This document shows, one piece after another, positions 50,311-61,760 of a stretch of 64,000 nt of DNA. Numbering within the stretch: position 1 is the first letter of the stretch; every line of letters starts with the position of its first letter. The notes under the pieces were generated by a model, which saw nothing but the letters and a program-made list of their open reading frames with translations, did no database searches and was not told the DNA's origin. A program made the position numbers and the translations under genes. Source of the DNA: Felis catus. Taxonomy: Eukaryota. Location: the NCBI RefSeq assembly GCF_018350175.1, contig NC_058368.1:185072001-185136000 (forward strand), given 5' to 3'.

Positions 50311-51422
50311 CTCTTATGGGATTATATTGGTATTATATTGTCATCAAGTAATGTGGCCAAGTGGTCTCTACTTCTTGTTTTCTCTTTCTCTCCCTTTCTC
50401 TTTAATAAAGATTAGAAGTTCAGTTATACCAGTGAGCAAACTTTCTCTAATTAGTTTTGCTAGCTGATACAAACATTGTGGAATTTCTGAGAACTTGTGC
50501 CATTTTGTTTCCTTCTTCACACGAGGCTATAATTACTAAAATAATGGACAATTGATAAGCCTGTGTCTCTGGAGGGACATCAATAGTTCTGAATTCCAAT
50601 ATGAAAGTTATAAGGCTGCATAGTGGACAGAATCATGATGCCTCTTACTCATTCTGAAATGGTGATATTGAGTGTTCATGATGTTTCAAACATTTATTGA
50701 GTTTGCATAGTGTTGTGATCATAGTGTTTTTGGTGTGGGTGGAAGAGAGTAATTCTACTTTTGAATCATAGTATAACAATGAAGGTTTTTAAAGAGAAGG
50801 AATGAGAATAGTAAGTGCTATTTTGGTTCTTAACAAAAATATACAGTGAACTCTGCTACCATTACAAAGGCACATGGTGAGAGCACCTGCTGCTTATCTT
50901 TTCTATCATTAAAGAACTTGATGTCAGGAAATAAAACTTTTCCAGTGACACATTCTGAAGAGAAAGGGTACAAAATCTTATGTACTTGGGAACTTACATA
51001 AATTTTGAGGTGATGACTTATTTCAATTGTGTTCTACCTCAGGATGATAATGGTGTAGATATTTTTAATGACATTGGTTATGAAGTATACTTTTTATTTC
51101 TAAAGAATAGCAGGGAGTTCCTGTGAAAAAATTCTATTATTTTGGCTGATACTTTTTCAAAATATTTTCCATACCTACATACAATTACGTGTATACTTAT
51201 ACAATGCTGCCATCATACTAAACATATTCTTTTAGGACATGTAAATATCATGAACATTTCTTTATATTTTTAAATATTCTTCTCCAACATCATCTCTAAT
51301 GTTTATAGTGTTCCAATGAACAAGTAATGATCTCATATTATTAAACTTTAACAAACAAACAATGCTGTGATGAACACATCTAGATAGTCATCTATGACAT
51401 ATCACTGATTATTTCCTCAGAG

Positions 51423-51636
51423 CAAAGTTCCTCAAACCTGACACTATCGACATTTTGGGAAAGATAATTATATTTGTTATAGGGGACAATTCTTTGGATT
51501 TTAGGATGTTTAGGAGAACCCCTGATCCCTATCCACCAGATGCCAGTCACAACTCCCAGTTGTGGTAACCAAAACTGTCCCCACACTTTGCCAAATGTCC
51601 CCTGCAGCCAAATTTCTCTTCCTTTGAGAACCACTG
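51423..51636 (+). mobile_element. MER20-like hAT-Charlie MITE
   Basis: ctcaaacctgacactatcgacattttgg...ctatccaccagatgccagt...ttgccaaatgtcccctg...ttgagaaccactg. Confidence 0.85.
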
Positions 51637-52155
51637 CTACAGAATACATTCTTTGAAGAAGAATTTGTCACAGATACTGTATGCACAATTTAAGTTTTTA
51701 AAAAATGTATGTGGGGTTTTGTTTTCAATTTGAAGGAAGTAATATAAGGATATAAAGAGACAACTTAAAATGTGTGAAAAAAATTCTCAAAAATCTTTCC
51801 TACTGAGTTGCTAGAGTTTAACATGCCTGGTGATAAATACAATGGGGTCCTATTTCATCTCCAGCTACAGGAAAAACTTTCTGTGTAGCAATAGAGTGCT
51901 GGAGGTCAGAGACAATAGGAAGAGAATACCCAACTCTCAAACTGCTTCTCATCTTTTTTACTATATAATATTTCATGATTTCACATTCTGTATATATTTT
52001 ATACATATATATATATAAATTATATCTATATAAATATATATATATTTCACATGTATATATTTTTGACTCCTGATGTTTTCCTTTTCTAAGCAGTAAGAAC
52101 TGATTAAAGGTTTAGACTTTGGAATTAGCTGAACTAGATTCTGATACTATATCTC

Positions 52156-52288
52156 ATATTTATTATTACTAATTATTATTATTTACTATTTATATTTTAG
52201 TTAGTTAATATACTAAATTATTGGTTTCAGAAGTAGAATTCAGTGATTCATCTCTTACATACAACACCCAGTGCTCATCACAAGCACC
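52156..52288 (-). mobile_element. Older carnivore L1 3' terminus
   Basis: tagttagttaatatac...tttcagaagtagaattcagtgattcatctcttacatacaacacccagtgctcatcacaag. Confidence 0.85.
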
Positions 52289-52290
52289 CC

Positions 52291-53370
52291 TTTTTAAAAA
52301 AATTAATTAATTAATTATTTTTAAATGTACATCCAAGTTAGTTAGCATATAGTGCAACAATGATTTCAGGAGTAGATTCCTTAATGCCCCTTTCCCATTT
52401 AGCCTATCCCCCCTCCCACAACCCCTCCTGAAACCTTCTGTTCTCTATTTTTAAGAGTCTCTGCTGTTTTGTCCCCCTCCCTGTTTTTATATTATTTTTG
52501 TTTCCCTTCCCTTATGTTCAACTGTTTTGTATCTTAAAATCCTCATATGAGTGAACTCACATGATATTTGTCTTTCTCTGACTGACTAATTTCGCATAGC
52601 ATAATACTCTCCAGTTCCATCCATGTAGTTGTAAATGGCAAGATTTCATTCTTTTTGATTGCCGAGTAATACTCCATTGTATACCACATCTTCTTTATCC
52701 ATTCATCCATCGATGGACATTTGGTCTCTTTCCATACTTTACTTTGGCTATTGTTGAGGGTGCTGCTATAAACGTTGGGGTGCATATGTCCCTTCAAAAC
52801 AGCACACCTGTATCCCTTGGGTAAATACCTAGTAGTGCAATTGGTGGGTCATAGGGTACTTCTATTTTTAATTTTTTGAGGAACCTCCATACTGTTTTCC
52901 AGAGTGGCTGCACCAGTTTGCATTCCCACCAGCAGTGCAAAAGGGATCCTCTTTCTCTGCATCCTCGCCAACATCTGTTGTTGCCTGAGTTGTTAATGTT
53001 AGCCATTCTGACAGGTATGAGGTGATATATCATCATGGTTTTGATTTAATAATGAGTGATGTGGGGCATCTTTTCACGTGTCTGTTAGCCATCTTGATGC
53101 TTTTTTGGAAAAGTGTCTCTTCACGTCTTCTGCCCATTTCTTAACTGGGTTGTTGTTTGGGTGTTGAGTTTGATAAGTTCTTTATAGATTTTGGATACTA
53201 ACCCTTTATCAGATATGTCATTTGCAAATATCCTGTCCTATTCCATTGGCTGCCTTTTAGTTTTGTTGATTGTTTCTTTCACAGAAGCTTTTTATTTTGA
53301 TGAAGCCCCAATAGTTCATGTTTGCTTTCATTTCCCTTGCCTTCAGTTACTTGTCTAGTAAGAAGTTGCT
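52291..53370 (-). mobile_element. Carnivore/felid L1 3' ~1.1 kb with frameshifted ORF2 C-terminus
   Basis: Peptides [46 protein letters not shown] and MEYYSAIKKNEILPFTTTWMELESIML. Confidence 0.95.
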
Positions 53371-53505
53371 CCACTTTAATCCTCAGTTCTATCTGTATAA
53401 AATGGGAATGATAAGACCTATCAGAGAGAGTTGTTGGGGACATTAAATATGTTTTAGGGCTGTTAGCAATGCTTGGTATGTAGAAGGCACTCATTCAATA
53501 TTATC
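53371..53505 (+). mobile_element. MIR 3' part (5' part probably at ~52100-52155, split by L1s)
   Basis: cctcagttctatctgtataaaatgggaatgataa...tggtatgtagaaggcactcattcaatatta. Confidence 0.7.
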
Positions 53506-54295
53506 TTTCCCCCAATTTAAAGAAGAATAATATATTTTCTCAGTTTAATTCTATACCTTTTGGCCATCTAAGGAAGCATTTTAGGAACAAGAGTTTTCCT
53601 GAAACCTTTTCATTGGCATAATAACTCAAGTTATGATATTTTAGGGATGTAAATTTTATAATTGTGAATGAGACACCATCATGGTTATTATTTGATATTT
53701 TGGAATGATATCCCATTGGGTGAATGTGGAAAGATAATCCTAGGAGCTTGATTTTCTATATATTTAAATTTAATCCATTGTAATTTCATTTTTTTTAATT
53801 TGCTAGTGTTTATATTAGTATAATGGTGTGATGCATATGATTTATAAATAGATAATGATATATGGAGGATGCCTGGTCAAAATTTCTTTACTACTGGGGT
53901 GTGAGATCATCTATTTTAAAGACCATTCACCTGAAAGATAGTTTTTTATAGTTTCTGTGATTTGGGATGGAGGAAAGGAATCATAAATCTCACTGCCTGT
54001 CAGAACCCACAATTCACTGAATATTATTTCAACATCATTATGCACAAAGTTTCATCATTCTTGTGATTTTCAATAACAGTGTTGGTATATTTAAATGTTC
54101 CCACCCGTCTTTCTTTTAAGATTGATTGAAATAGGGAGCAAGGTGAAACATTTCCATATTTCACTGATAGTACTTGGGAAGAGTTTTTGTTCCACTGTTT
54201 TGGAAATGGAAAATAAAATACAAGATCCTGACTTTTTCTTTTGAAAAACCTAGGCTAAGTAAGATGGTTTCAGAATTCAGAAGGTGCTGGAAGGG

Positions 54296-54330
54296 AGTGG
54301 TGGTGGTGGTGGTGGTGGTGGTGTGTGTGT
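54296..54330. repeat. (GGT)n/(GT)n microsatellite
   Basis: Direct reading. Confidence 0.9.
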
Positions 54331-57119
54331 TGTATGTACGTACTTGCATGCTTACGTTTGAATGGGAGAACCAACATTCATGGGTTCCTGGTGTCTGACA
54401 GGGTCTTTACAGTAAACATTTATAGCACCCATTTTTACCCTCAAACAAGCAAGATAATGGAGAAGAAAATTTCTTGCCCCTCTCATGGTAAAAAGTTTTG
54501 ACAAGAAGATAAAGGGGAATTTTAAGGTCCTTTGATCCTTCCCACATTTCACAGACTATCTGTATTTTGTGAGTTCTTCCAGACATTTCTATCCATATGA
54601 GGAAAAAAATGTATGTATATAGTCTTTTCACAGACCAGAATCATAATGTGCAAATAGGAATCATCTTAAGGATATTGTTATCAGAAATGCTTTTCCTTAC
54701 TTTGTAATATAATAGGGATATTTTCCATATCAATGTGTATAGATTTACCTCATTCTTTCTACAGGCATCATGGCATTCTATTGCATGAATTTACTGTAAT
54801 AAATATAGCTACTTCCTTATTCAACACTGTAATATCTTCTGTATGTATCTTTGAACACTTTTCTAGAGATACATTTATAGAAATGGAATTACTGGTTCAA
54901 AATGTATGAATGTTTAAAATTTAGAACCAACAAGAGTGCATCAATTTATTCTCCCACAAGTGAGAAATTTTCCTTTTTTTTTTAATTCAAATTGTTTAAA
55001 TTTTATGGACAAAAAGGCATTTAATTTTCGTCTTCATTGTGATAGCATCTCCAAGGGGTCATTTTATAAACAATTACTGAAGTTACAGCTCTTTACATTA
55101 TATTGGTTTCATCCTAAACTGTTTCTATACTCAGGGTTGCCAAGGAAGCCAGAGTGGAGGCTGTCGGAAGGAGGGTTTGAATGAACTTTGGCTGCTCCAC
55201 ACGCAGGCTGATTACTGAGGAAACATCAAAAGCTTCACCCGAATGACTCATCACCCAGATCCAACAGAGGTAATAGAATAACTTACATTGCACAGCCTTT
55301 TGGCTATTTAGTCTGCTGTGTGAGATCAATGGTGCCCACGTTCTCTGCTGGATTTTGCTCTGGGAAAGAGATTTATTGGTTAGACCTTACATTACAATGC
55401 AGTCAGGGGCTTTGGGACTGATTGCCAATACTCAGTAGCATAGAGAAAAATTATTTAACATCTTGGCCTCAGGTAACAATATCTGCTTCATGGAGTTGGA
55501 TCAGGCATCAAATTCTATGGGGATATCCTACTGTCCACTGCATTAACTATCCTTCGTGTTGTTTCATTATTTTCAGAGGCTTTCCTTTGTTTTGGATGGT
55601 GAAAAGCTTGTGGCTAGAGATAAGCGAAAGTGGCAATTTTAAGACACATGTGAAATAAAAATGTGACTGATCATGCATGTGGATTATTAGATGTAAAGTG
55701 TACAATATAGTTTTATATATGTAGTGTTACCTGGATTGTGCTCATGTGCTATAATTATGATTTTAAAATTTATTACTGTCTTTTCATGAAGTTCAGGTGG
55801 TCTAATTTATATTCTCTAAACATTTCTTGTTTTACTCTTTCATCAGATTCAGCTCTTAAAATTCACTGCATGGTCTCTACAGACAAGAAGCAAAGGTTCT
55901 GCACGGCTACAGCATTTCAGTTAAAAGCCAAGGAATCCACATTTTCTTTTATTTTGCTCTTAGATAGCCAGAATGTTTTATAGTCTCCCACATACTTTTC
56001 TCCTCTCAAACACATTTTCAAGTATAATAATATATTTTTTAAAAGTCAGATAATTTTCAGGTAATACAATTTTGGAATCCTGTGGACTTTAAAAGAAATG
56101 TGAAGAATTAAAAAAAAATCTCGCATACAAAGCCAATTGCCCTCTCTGAAAATTATAGCTACCCATTTGCTAGTTGCATTATTACAGAATTGCTAATATT
56201 TCCTGCTTTTCAAAAGCATTACAATAAACTTGTTTGGAAGTCATGTTATTTACTAAAAATAGGACAGAATAAGGTATATATTTCTTTATGTTGGTTTAAA
56301 ATTGAAGTATATTTTATGGAAAATGGGACATTTAAAGGTTAATCTTAACAGGGAAGTATTTTCCTACATAAATATATTATAAATTCAAAGTATGTAATTT
56401 TGGAGTTTTTCCTGATGATTTATGGTTTTTAGAACTATGGGTCTTAGTTAAAATGTACTGACCCAAAGATTTTTTTTTAGCTTTTACTGTGCAGGTACAC
56501 GAACCAAAAAAATCATGTCTCCTAGTATTCTTTGTACTGCATCTACTCTGGTCAAATGGAATCATCTATTTCAAAAGTTACTGTGAGAGAAAAATTCAAA
56601 AAGGATAAATTGCATGTAATTGTGGTAAAGAATAAGCTTTTACTGGTCAGTTAGAAAATACCAAAGACACCGTGCCTGTGTAATCAATGGTGGTTTAGTA
56701 ATATTATTTTGTATAAGAAAGAACATTATTAAAATGTATTAAATTGTTCTGTACTGAAGGGCATAAGAGCATTGTGTAATCTCTAATTCCTGCCAGAGAG
56801 AGACTTTTTCACTGGGTAGAACCATTTTTATAGTCTATTCATGTATTCAGCCAGCATTTATTGAATCTATGGTTTTCTTATGTACCCTACCAGGAACAGA
56901 ATTTGGGGGTGGTACAAAAAATCAATAAAACACACTGCCCAAAGGATTTTCAAGCTTGAGGATGGGAGAGTGTAAAGGAGCAATCGTGTAAACAATAAAT
57001 GACGATATAAAGAAGAATGAGAAGTAATGATCAAAAGGTAAACATGGCATAATAATAAGTGCTAATATCAGTATGGTGTTACTAATTGCCCAGTGTTAGC
57101 TAAGGACTTGACTCCCCAC

Positions 57120-57726
57120 AGTGGGTGTTAGGTCATCTCCCCAGCATCCATTCTCCTCTCCTCCCCTATGCTCTTACTTACTGCGCAGTTTATGAGTAGA
57201 AAGATAGGTTTGCTATAGTGATTGATCTGTTTGGGCATATTTGTTCATCTGAACCAATTTAGGAATTCCTCTCCTCTGGGCAATGTTAAAGAATGGGCTT
57301 GCTATTCATATCTGGACAATGGGACAGGAGAGGTTTTTTGAAGATATCTGAAAAAGTTCTTCACTCTTATGGGAGAGCTATTTGAAGTGATCATTTTGTT
57401 TACTCCTTTGTTTTGGATGAAGAAGTCCTCCAAATGTTATCATTATCTAAAGGTTATCCAAAGGTTATCATTATCATAACCTAATAATAGCCTCTCATAA
57501 CTGTGGGGAAGAACAAGGCTTAGGCTGAATCTGACACCTTAGAATGAAGAGCAGAGGGAGAGAAAGAAATTAGATCCTTGATTCTGTGGTTAAACCACTG
57601 AATCAAATCAAGCCTGAAGCCTATATTTCTTCTGGACTTTGGGATAAGTGAGCCAATAAAACCCCTTTTGCTTTTTATGCCAGGCTGAGTTGGGTTTTCT
57701 CTTACCTTCAACCAGTCTAAATTATA
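57120..57726 (+). mobile_element. Old MaLR solo LTR (MLT1J/K-like) inserted into a MIR
   Basis: ccccagcatccattctcctc start; ccactgaatcaaatcaagcctgaagcc...tctggacttt...gtgagccaataaa...gctgagttgggttttct end; the MIR resumes at ~57740. Confidence 0.7.
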
Positions 57727-57739
57727 CCCAAGAGTTATC

Positions 57740-57930
57740 TTTTTCAGTCTTCATAACAACCCTATGAAATAGATGATATTATTTCCATCATTTTACGGAT
57801 GAGGAACCTAAGGCCTAGATGGTTAAATATCTTGCTCTGAATCACAGAAACAGTGCATGGTGAAGCCAGGGCTTTACCTATGTAGTTTCATCCAGAAACC
57901 ACATTCCTAAGCACTGCATCCTACTGCTCC
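57740..57930 (-). mobile_element. MIR relic
   Basis: tcttcataacaaccctatgaaatagatg...attttacggatgaggaacctaaggcctagatggttaaat. Confidence 0.8.
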
Positions 57931-58647
57931 CATGCTTTGGCGATGCAGAGAGAATGTCAAGTCAATTTGTAGGAAAATTATCACAATGCCAGAAGCATTG
58001 GATCTGGGCCTGTAAGTGGAGTTTAAATCAACAAAAGATGGAACTGAAGCAACGGTTTTGGAGTACAGGAGATAAAGTAGCTGTGGCTGGGGTCTAGTTC
58101 ATGTGTAATCTCTCAGGGGGATAAGAGAAGACGGGGCCAACCAGGAAAGCTGGGGGGTGCCCCCCAGAGATAAGAAGATAAAGGTGAGATCAGGAGGACG
58201 GCCTGACTAGACAGGGGAAGTTAAAAGTAGGGAGGAGTCCTTGAGAGGAAATAATGAAACAATAGAGAAAGCAGAAATATTGAGAATGTTTGTGACCTAC
58301 TTTTAGTTCCAAGACATTGGGATGATGGGACTAGGGGTGGGTTAGCGGGGAGAAAAAAGATGATATCACCAGGATCTCTGCACTGTACTATCATGATCAG
58401 GGGAAAGCTAGGTTTTGGTTTAGAAAAGAACTTAGAGGAAGTTTTGCTAAAAGGTTTGAGTGAGAATGTGTGTCTAAGGAATGTGTTGGCAGAAGAGTAA
58501 CTAGAGGAATTGAGGGGAGTTGGAGAGGATAACTGAGCTGGAGAGAAAACAAGTGTGAAGGACTAGTGGGCTGGAAGCAGGTGCGTTTCGGTCAATGTAT
58601 CAAAACGAACAAGGTGGGGAATTGTGGGAAGGGAAGAGGCTGTTTCC

Positions 58648-58720
58648 AGATTGAACTGCTTCCCAGGTTGTATTTATATAAGCGGGCTCCTTCATAATTC
58701 TCACTCCCAGTGCGTCACAT
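58648..58720. promoter_or_regulatory. Candidate core promoter (TATA, Inr and CRE half-site)
   Basis: tatttatataag 58671-58682; TGCGTCA 58711-58717; Inr-like heptamers ~28 nt from the TATA on both strands; local CpG retention. Confidence 0.35.
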
Positions 58721-59196
58721 CCTGCGGGCAGAAGGGAACCGAGGTGGCCATGGAAACCTGACAAACCTCAGACAATATTAATATTCACAAACATATGGAG
58801 CCTGCAGTTCTTTAAAAACAACAATAACATCAGCAGTGGCAGCGGCAATGACAACCACTGTAGTAATTTGTAACTCTCCCCTCTGGAGAACCACAGAGCT
58901 GCATATATTATTTTTTAATAATTAGTGACAAATTAACTAATTGCTACAATCCTTAAACCTGTTTTTCCCTTTAGCTTGTCATTATCTGCAGATGTCAAAA
59001 CAAGTAAAATAAATGGACTGGGTTTCCTTCAGAAGTTTGTTGATAATAACTGTTCTCCTAAAAAAAATAAAAAATGTATGAGGCTGACAAGCAAAAGCTT
59101 CTTCCTGGGTTGTTACTTTGGAATGTCTTTTTTATCTTTGAATTTCTGATAGAGATTTTTAGACTCTGCCTTTTTCCTTTTCTGAATCATCATATC

Positions 59197-59381
59197 CAAT
59201 GGTTCACCTGGAGAACTAGTTAAAATTTGCTGTGGGAGCACAATTCAAAATGCACTTTGCTTGTCCCTATCTTAGAGATATGGGTTCATTAGAGCTGGAG
59301 TAGGGCCCAGGAATCTGAATTGTAAATGATCTCCGGAGGTGATCCTGATGCAGGGCTACCAAGTAAGGCTGTGAGAAACAG
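59197..59381. mobile_element. MER5-like hAT-Charlie MITE relic
   Basis: gagctggagtagggcccaggaatctgaattgtaaatgatctccggaggtgatcctgatgcag. Confidence 0.7.
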
Positions 59382-60378
59382 TTCAAGTCTTCTTGGTGGG
59401 CTGGGGCCTGGAGCTTAAGATAGGGAGTTGTGTGACTCTGCTCTGAAAGTTGCTTTAGTTCCTTTTTTCTAACCCTCATTACTTTCCTCTTCACCAAAAA
59501 CCTTTGGTCTTTGAGATACAGTGTTATGAAAAACACTCAGGCACTGGAATAAGGTCTGGATTAAGGTGAACTCTTGAAAGAGGCATGTAAATTCATTGTC
59601 TCAGTTATTCCATCTGTGAGATTTTTTTTTTCAGAATTCTAGAGATGACATTCAGAGAGTACCTTATTTAACATCTAGTACATAATAAGTCCTTAAACAT
59701 TACTGTTATTATGACCTTGATTTCTATTTTGCACTAACCTATTGCACCTGCCTGTGGGGTTGCCTGCTATGTTAGCTTATGGAGGATCACATGGGATTGT
59801 GCACACACTAGGATGAATTTTCTGTTCTTTTACTACCCCGTTTCCCTTTGGCTCTGAATTAAGGCCCTTCAGTGATTTGCTGATCCCAGACACAGGTGAA
59901 GAAACAGGAGCGCTACCAGACTGACAACAGAGCAAAGACCAAGCACGCAGGGAGATTCTCAGATACTCTCATCTTATGTGGGGTGCTAAATAGAAAAAGC
60001 ACAGGGCAGGTTAAAGCCATTGTGTCTGTCTACATTTGTGTTTTCTGGTGGGGCAATAAGAAATTAGATCCTATTATCTGTTTCATAACTACTTTTCCTT
60101 CTTGAAAGTTGACAAGGTGGGGTTGGATGGAGACAGAGGTTAGGAAAGGATTTTCTTGTTAGCATTGTCCCTGCTGTGTCTCCTCTGTATACTATAGACA
60201 GAAAGACTTGAAGAAATGATGGAGTGAAGGCATGCTCTAAGTTCTGTGTGTACTCTGCTGTATATGCCACAAAACCTGTTACCCATCCACTGTCTTGGCA
60301 TGATAGAGCTTTCTAGTTCTGCAATTATCATCGGACAGGGATCTATGGATAGAAGTAGAATTTTTAATTATTTTCTTG

Positions 60379-60772
60379 TGTTGTAGGAGATCATTAAGAG
60401 GATGTAACCTCTAGTTGACCTGAGGTCTGAATCTGGGCAATAGGAACCTCTTCAGCCCCTCCCCTTGGAATGTATGTCCTGCGCACCGTTTCCTACAGCT
60501 GGAGCTGTTGTCAAGGATGCAACTTTGAAAGAGCAACCTGTTGTTGAGGCCATTGATGGTACATGTGACTGAACTAGGTAAGGCCCTTATATAAACTTTT
60601 AAAATTACGGCAGGCCAGTGCAGAGATCGGCTCATCTTGCAACACCCAAGGCAAACCTCATATGCAAGTTCGCTTGCTTATTGAAACAGCCACCTACCAA
60701 TCTTGAGTGGTCTGTTTCTTTCTTTGCTCTCTCCTTGCCCTTAATGTATAGGGTCCAGTTTGCAAACGAACA
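60379..60772 (+). mobile_element. ERV solo LTR (394 bp)
   Basis: TGTT...AACA termini; near TSD tcttg (60374-60378) / gcttg (60773-60777); TATATAAA at 60588-60595. Confidence 0.65.
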
Positions 60773-60844
60773 GCTTGGATCATAGATCCCCAAAAACAGA
60801 ATTTCTTGGAAATCCTTAATGTGTTTCTTTGTTTTTTAATTTAA

Positions 60845-61100
60845 AACATTTTTACTTTATTAATTTACATCTAAGTTAGTTAGCTTATAGTGCAATAATG
60901 ATTTCAGGAGGAGAATCCAGTGATTCATCCCCTACATATAACACCCAGTGCTCATCCTAACAAGGGTTGTCCTTAATGCCCCTTGCCCATTTAGCCCATC
61001 CCTCCAGCCACAATCCCTCCAGCAACCCTCGGTTTGTTCTCTATATTTAAGAGTCTCTTATGTTTTGTCCCCCTCTCTGTTTTTATATTATTTTTGTTTC
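60845..61100 (-). mobile_element. Carnivore/felid L1 3'UTR fragment lying inside the SINE's TSD
   Basis: tttacatctaagttagttagcttatagtgcaataatgatttcagg...gagtctcttatgttttgtccccctctctgtttttatattatttttg. Confidence 0.88.
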
Positions 61101-61169
61101 TCTCACTTCTGTGGGAGAAATATATATTTTTTATAAAAAATATATATATATTTAATATATTTTAAAATA

Positions 61170-61368
61170 TATTTTTAAAAAGTTTATTTTCATGGAGAGA
61201 GAATGTGAGTGGGGCAGGGGCAGAGAGAGAAGAAGACAGAATCAAAAGCGGGCTCCAGGCTCTGAGCTGTCAGCACAGAGCCTGAAGTGGGGCTCGAACT
61301 CAAGGATCATGAGATAATTACTTGAGTGGGAGTCAGATGGTTAACTGACTCAACCACCCAGGCAGCCC
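61170..61368 (-). mobile_element. Can-SINE
   Basis: gggctccaggctctgagctgtcagcacagagcc...ccacccaggcagccc. Confidence 0.92.
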
Positions 61369-61539
61369 TTAATGTATTTCTTAATGCAGCGATGCCAAGG
61401 GGCTTTAATTGTTTTGCTATAAATTGCAAACTGGCTGCTGTGCGCAAACCATTTTAATAGGTGTGCTTCCATGTAAAAAAATCAATCAATCAATTAAGAA
61501 TTTTTTTGACATATGTGTTTGCTTTTGTTTTTGTTTTTA

Positions 61540-61760
61540 ATTTAATTTATTTTTTAAATTTACATCCAAGTTAATTAACATACAGTGCAACAGTGATTTC
61601 AGCAGTAGATTCCTTAATGCCCCTTACCCATTTAGCCCATCACCCCTCCCACAACCGCGCCAGTAACCCTTTGTTTGTTCTGTGTTTAAGAGTCTCTTAT
61701 ATTTTGTCCCCCTCCATGTTACAGAACAGATGAACATAAGGGAAGAGAAGCAAAAATAAT
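61540..61760 (-). mobile_element. Felid L1 3'UTR with 40-nt 5' inversion
   Basis: Antisense UTR to 61720, sense piece at 61721-61760; exact 16-bp TSD tttgtttttgttttta at 61524-61539 and 61762-61777. Confidence 0.9.

Noticed and set aside
61101..61120. tctcacttctgtgggagaaa as a fourth L1 inversion (ORF2-end-like)
   Set aside because: Only ~14 nt of imperfect similarity; not distinguishable from chance.
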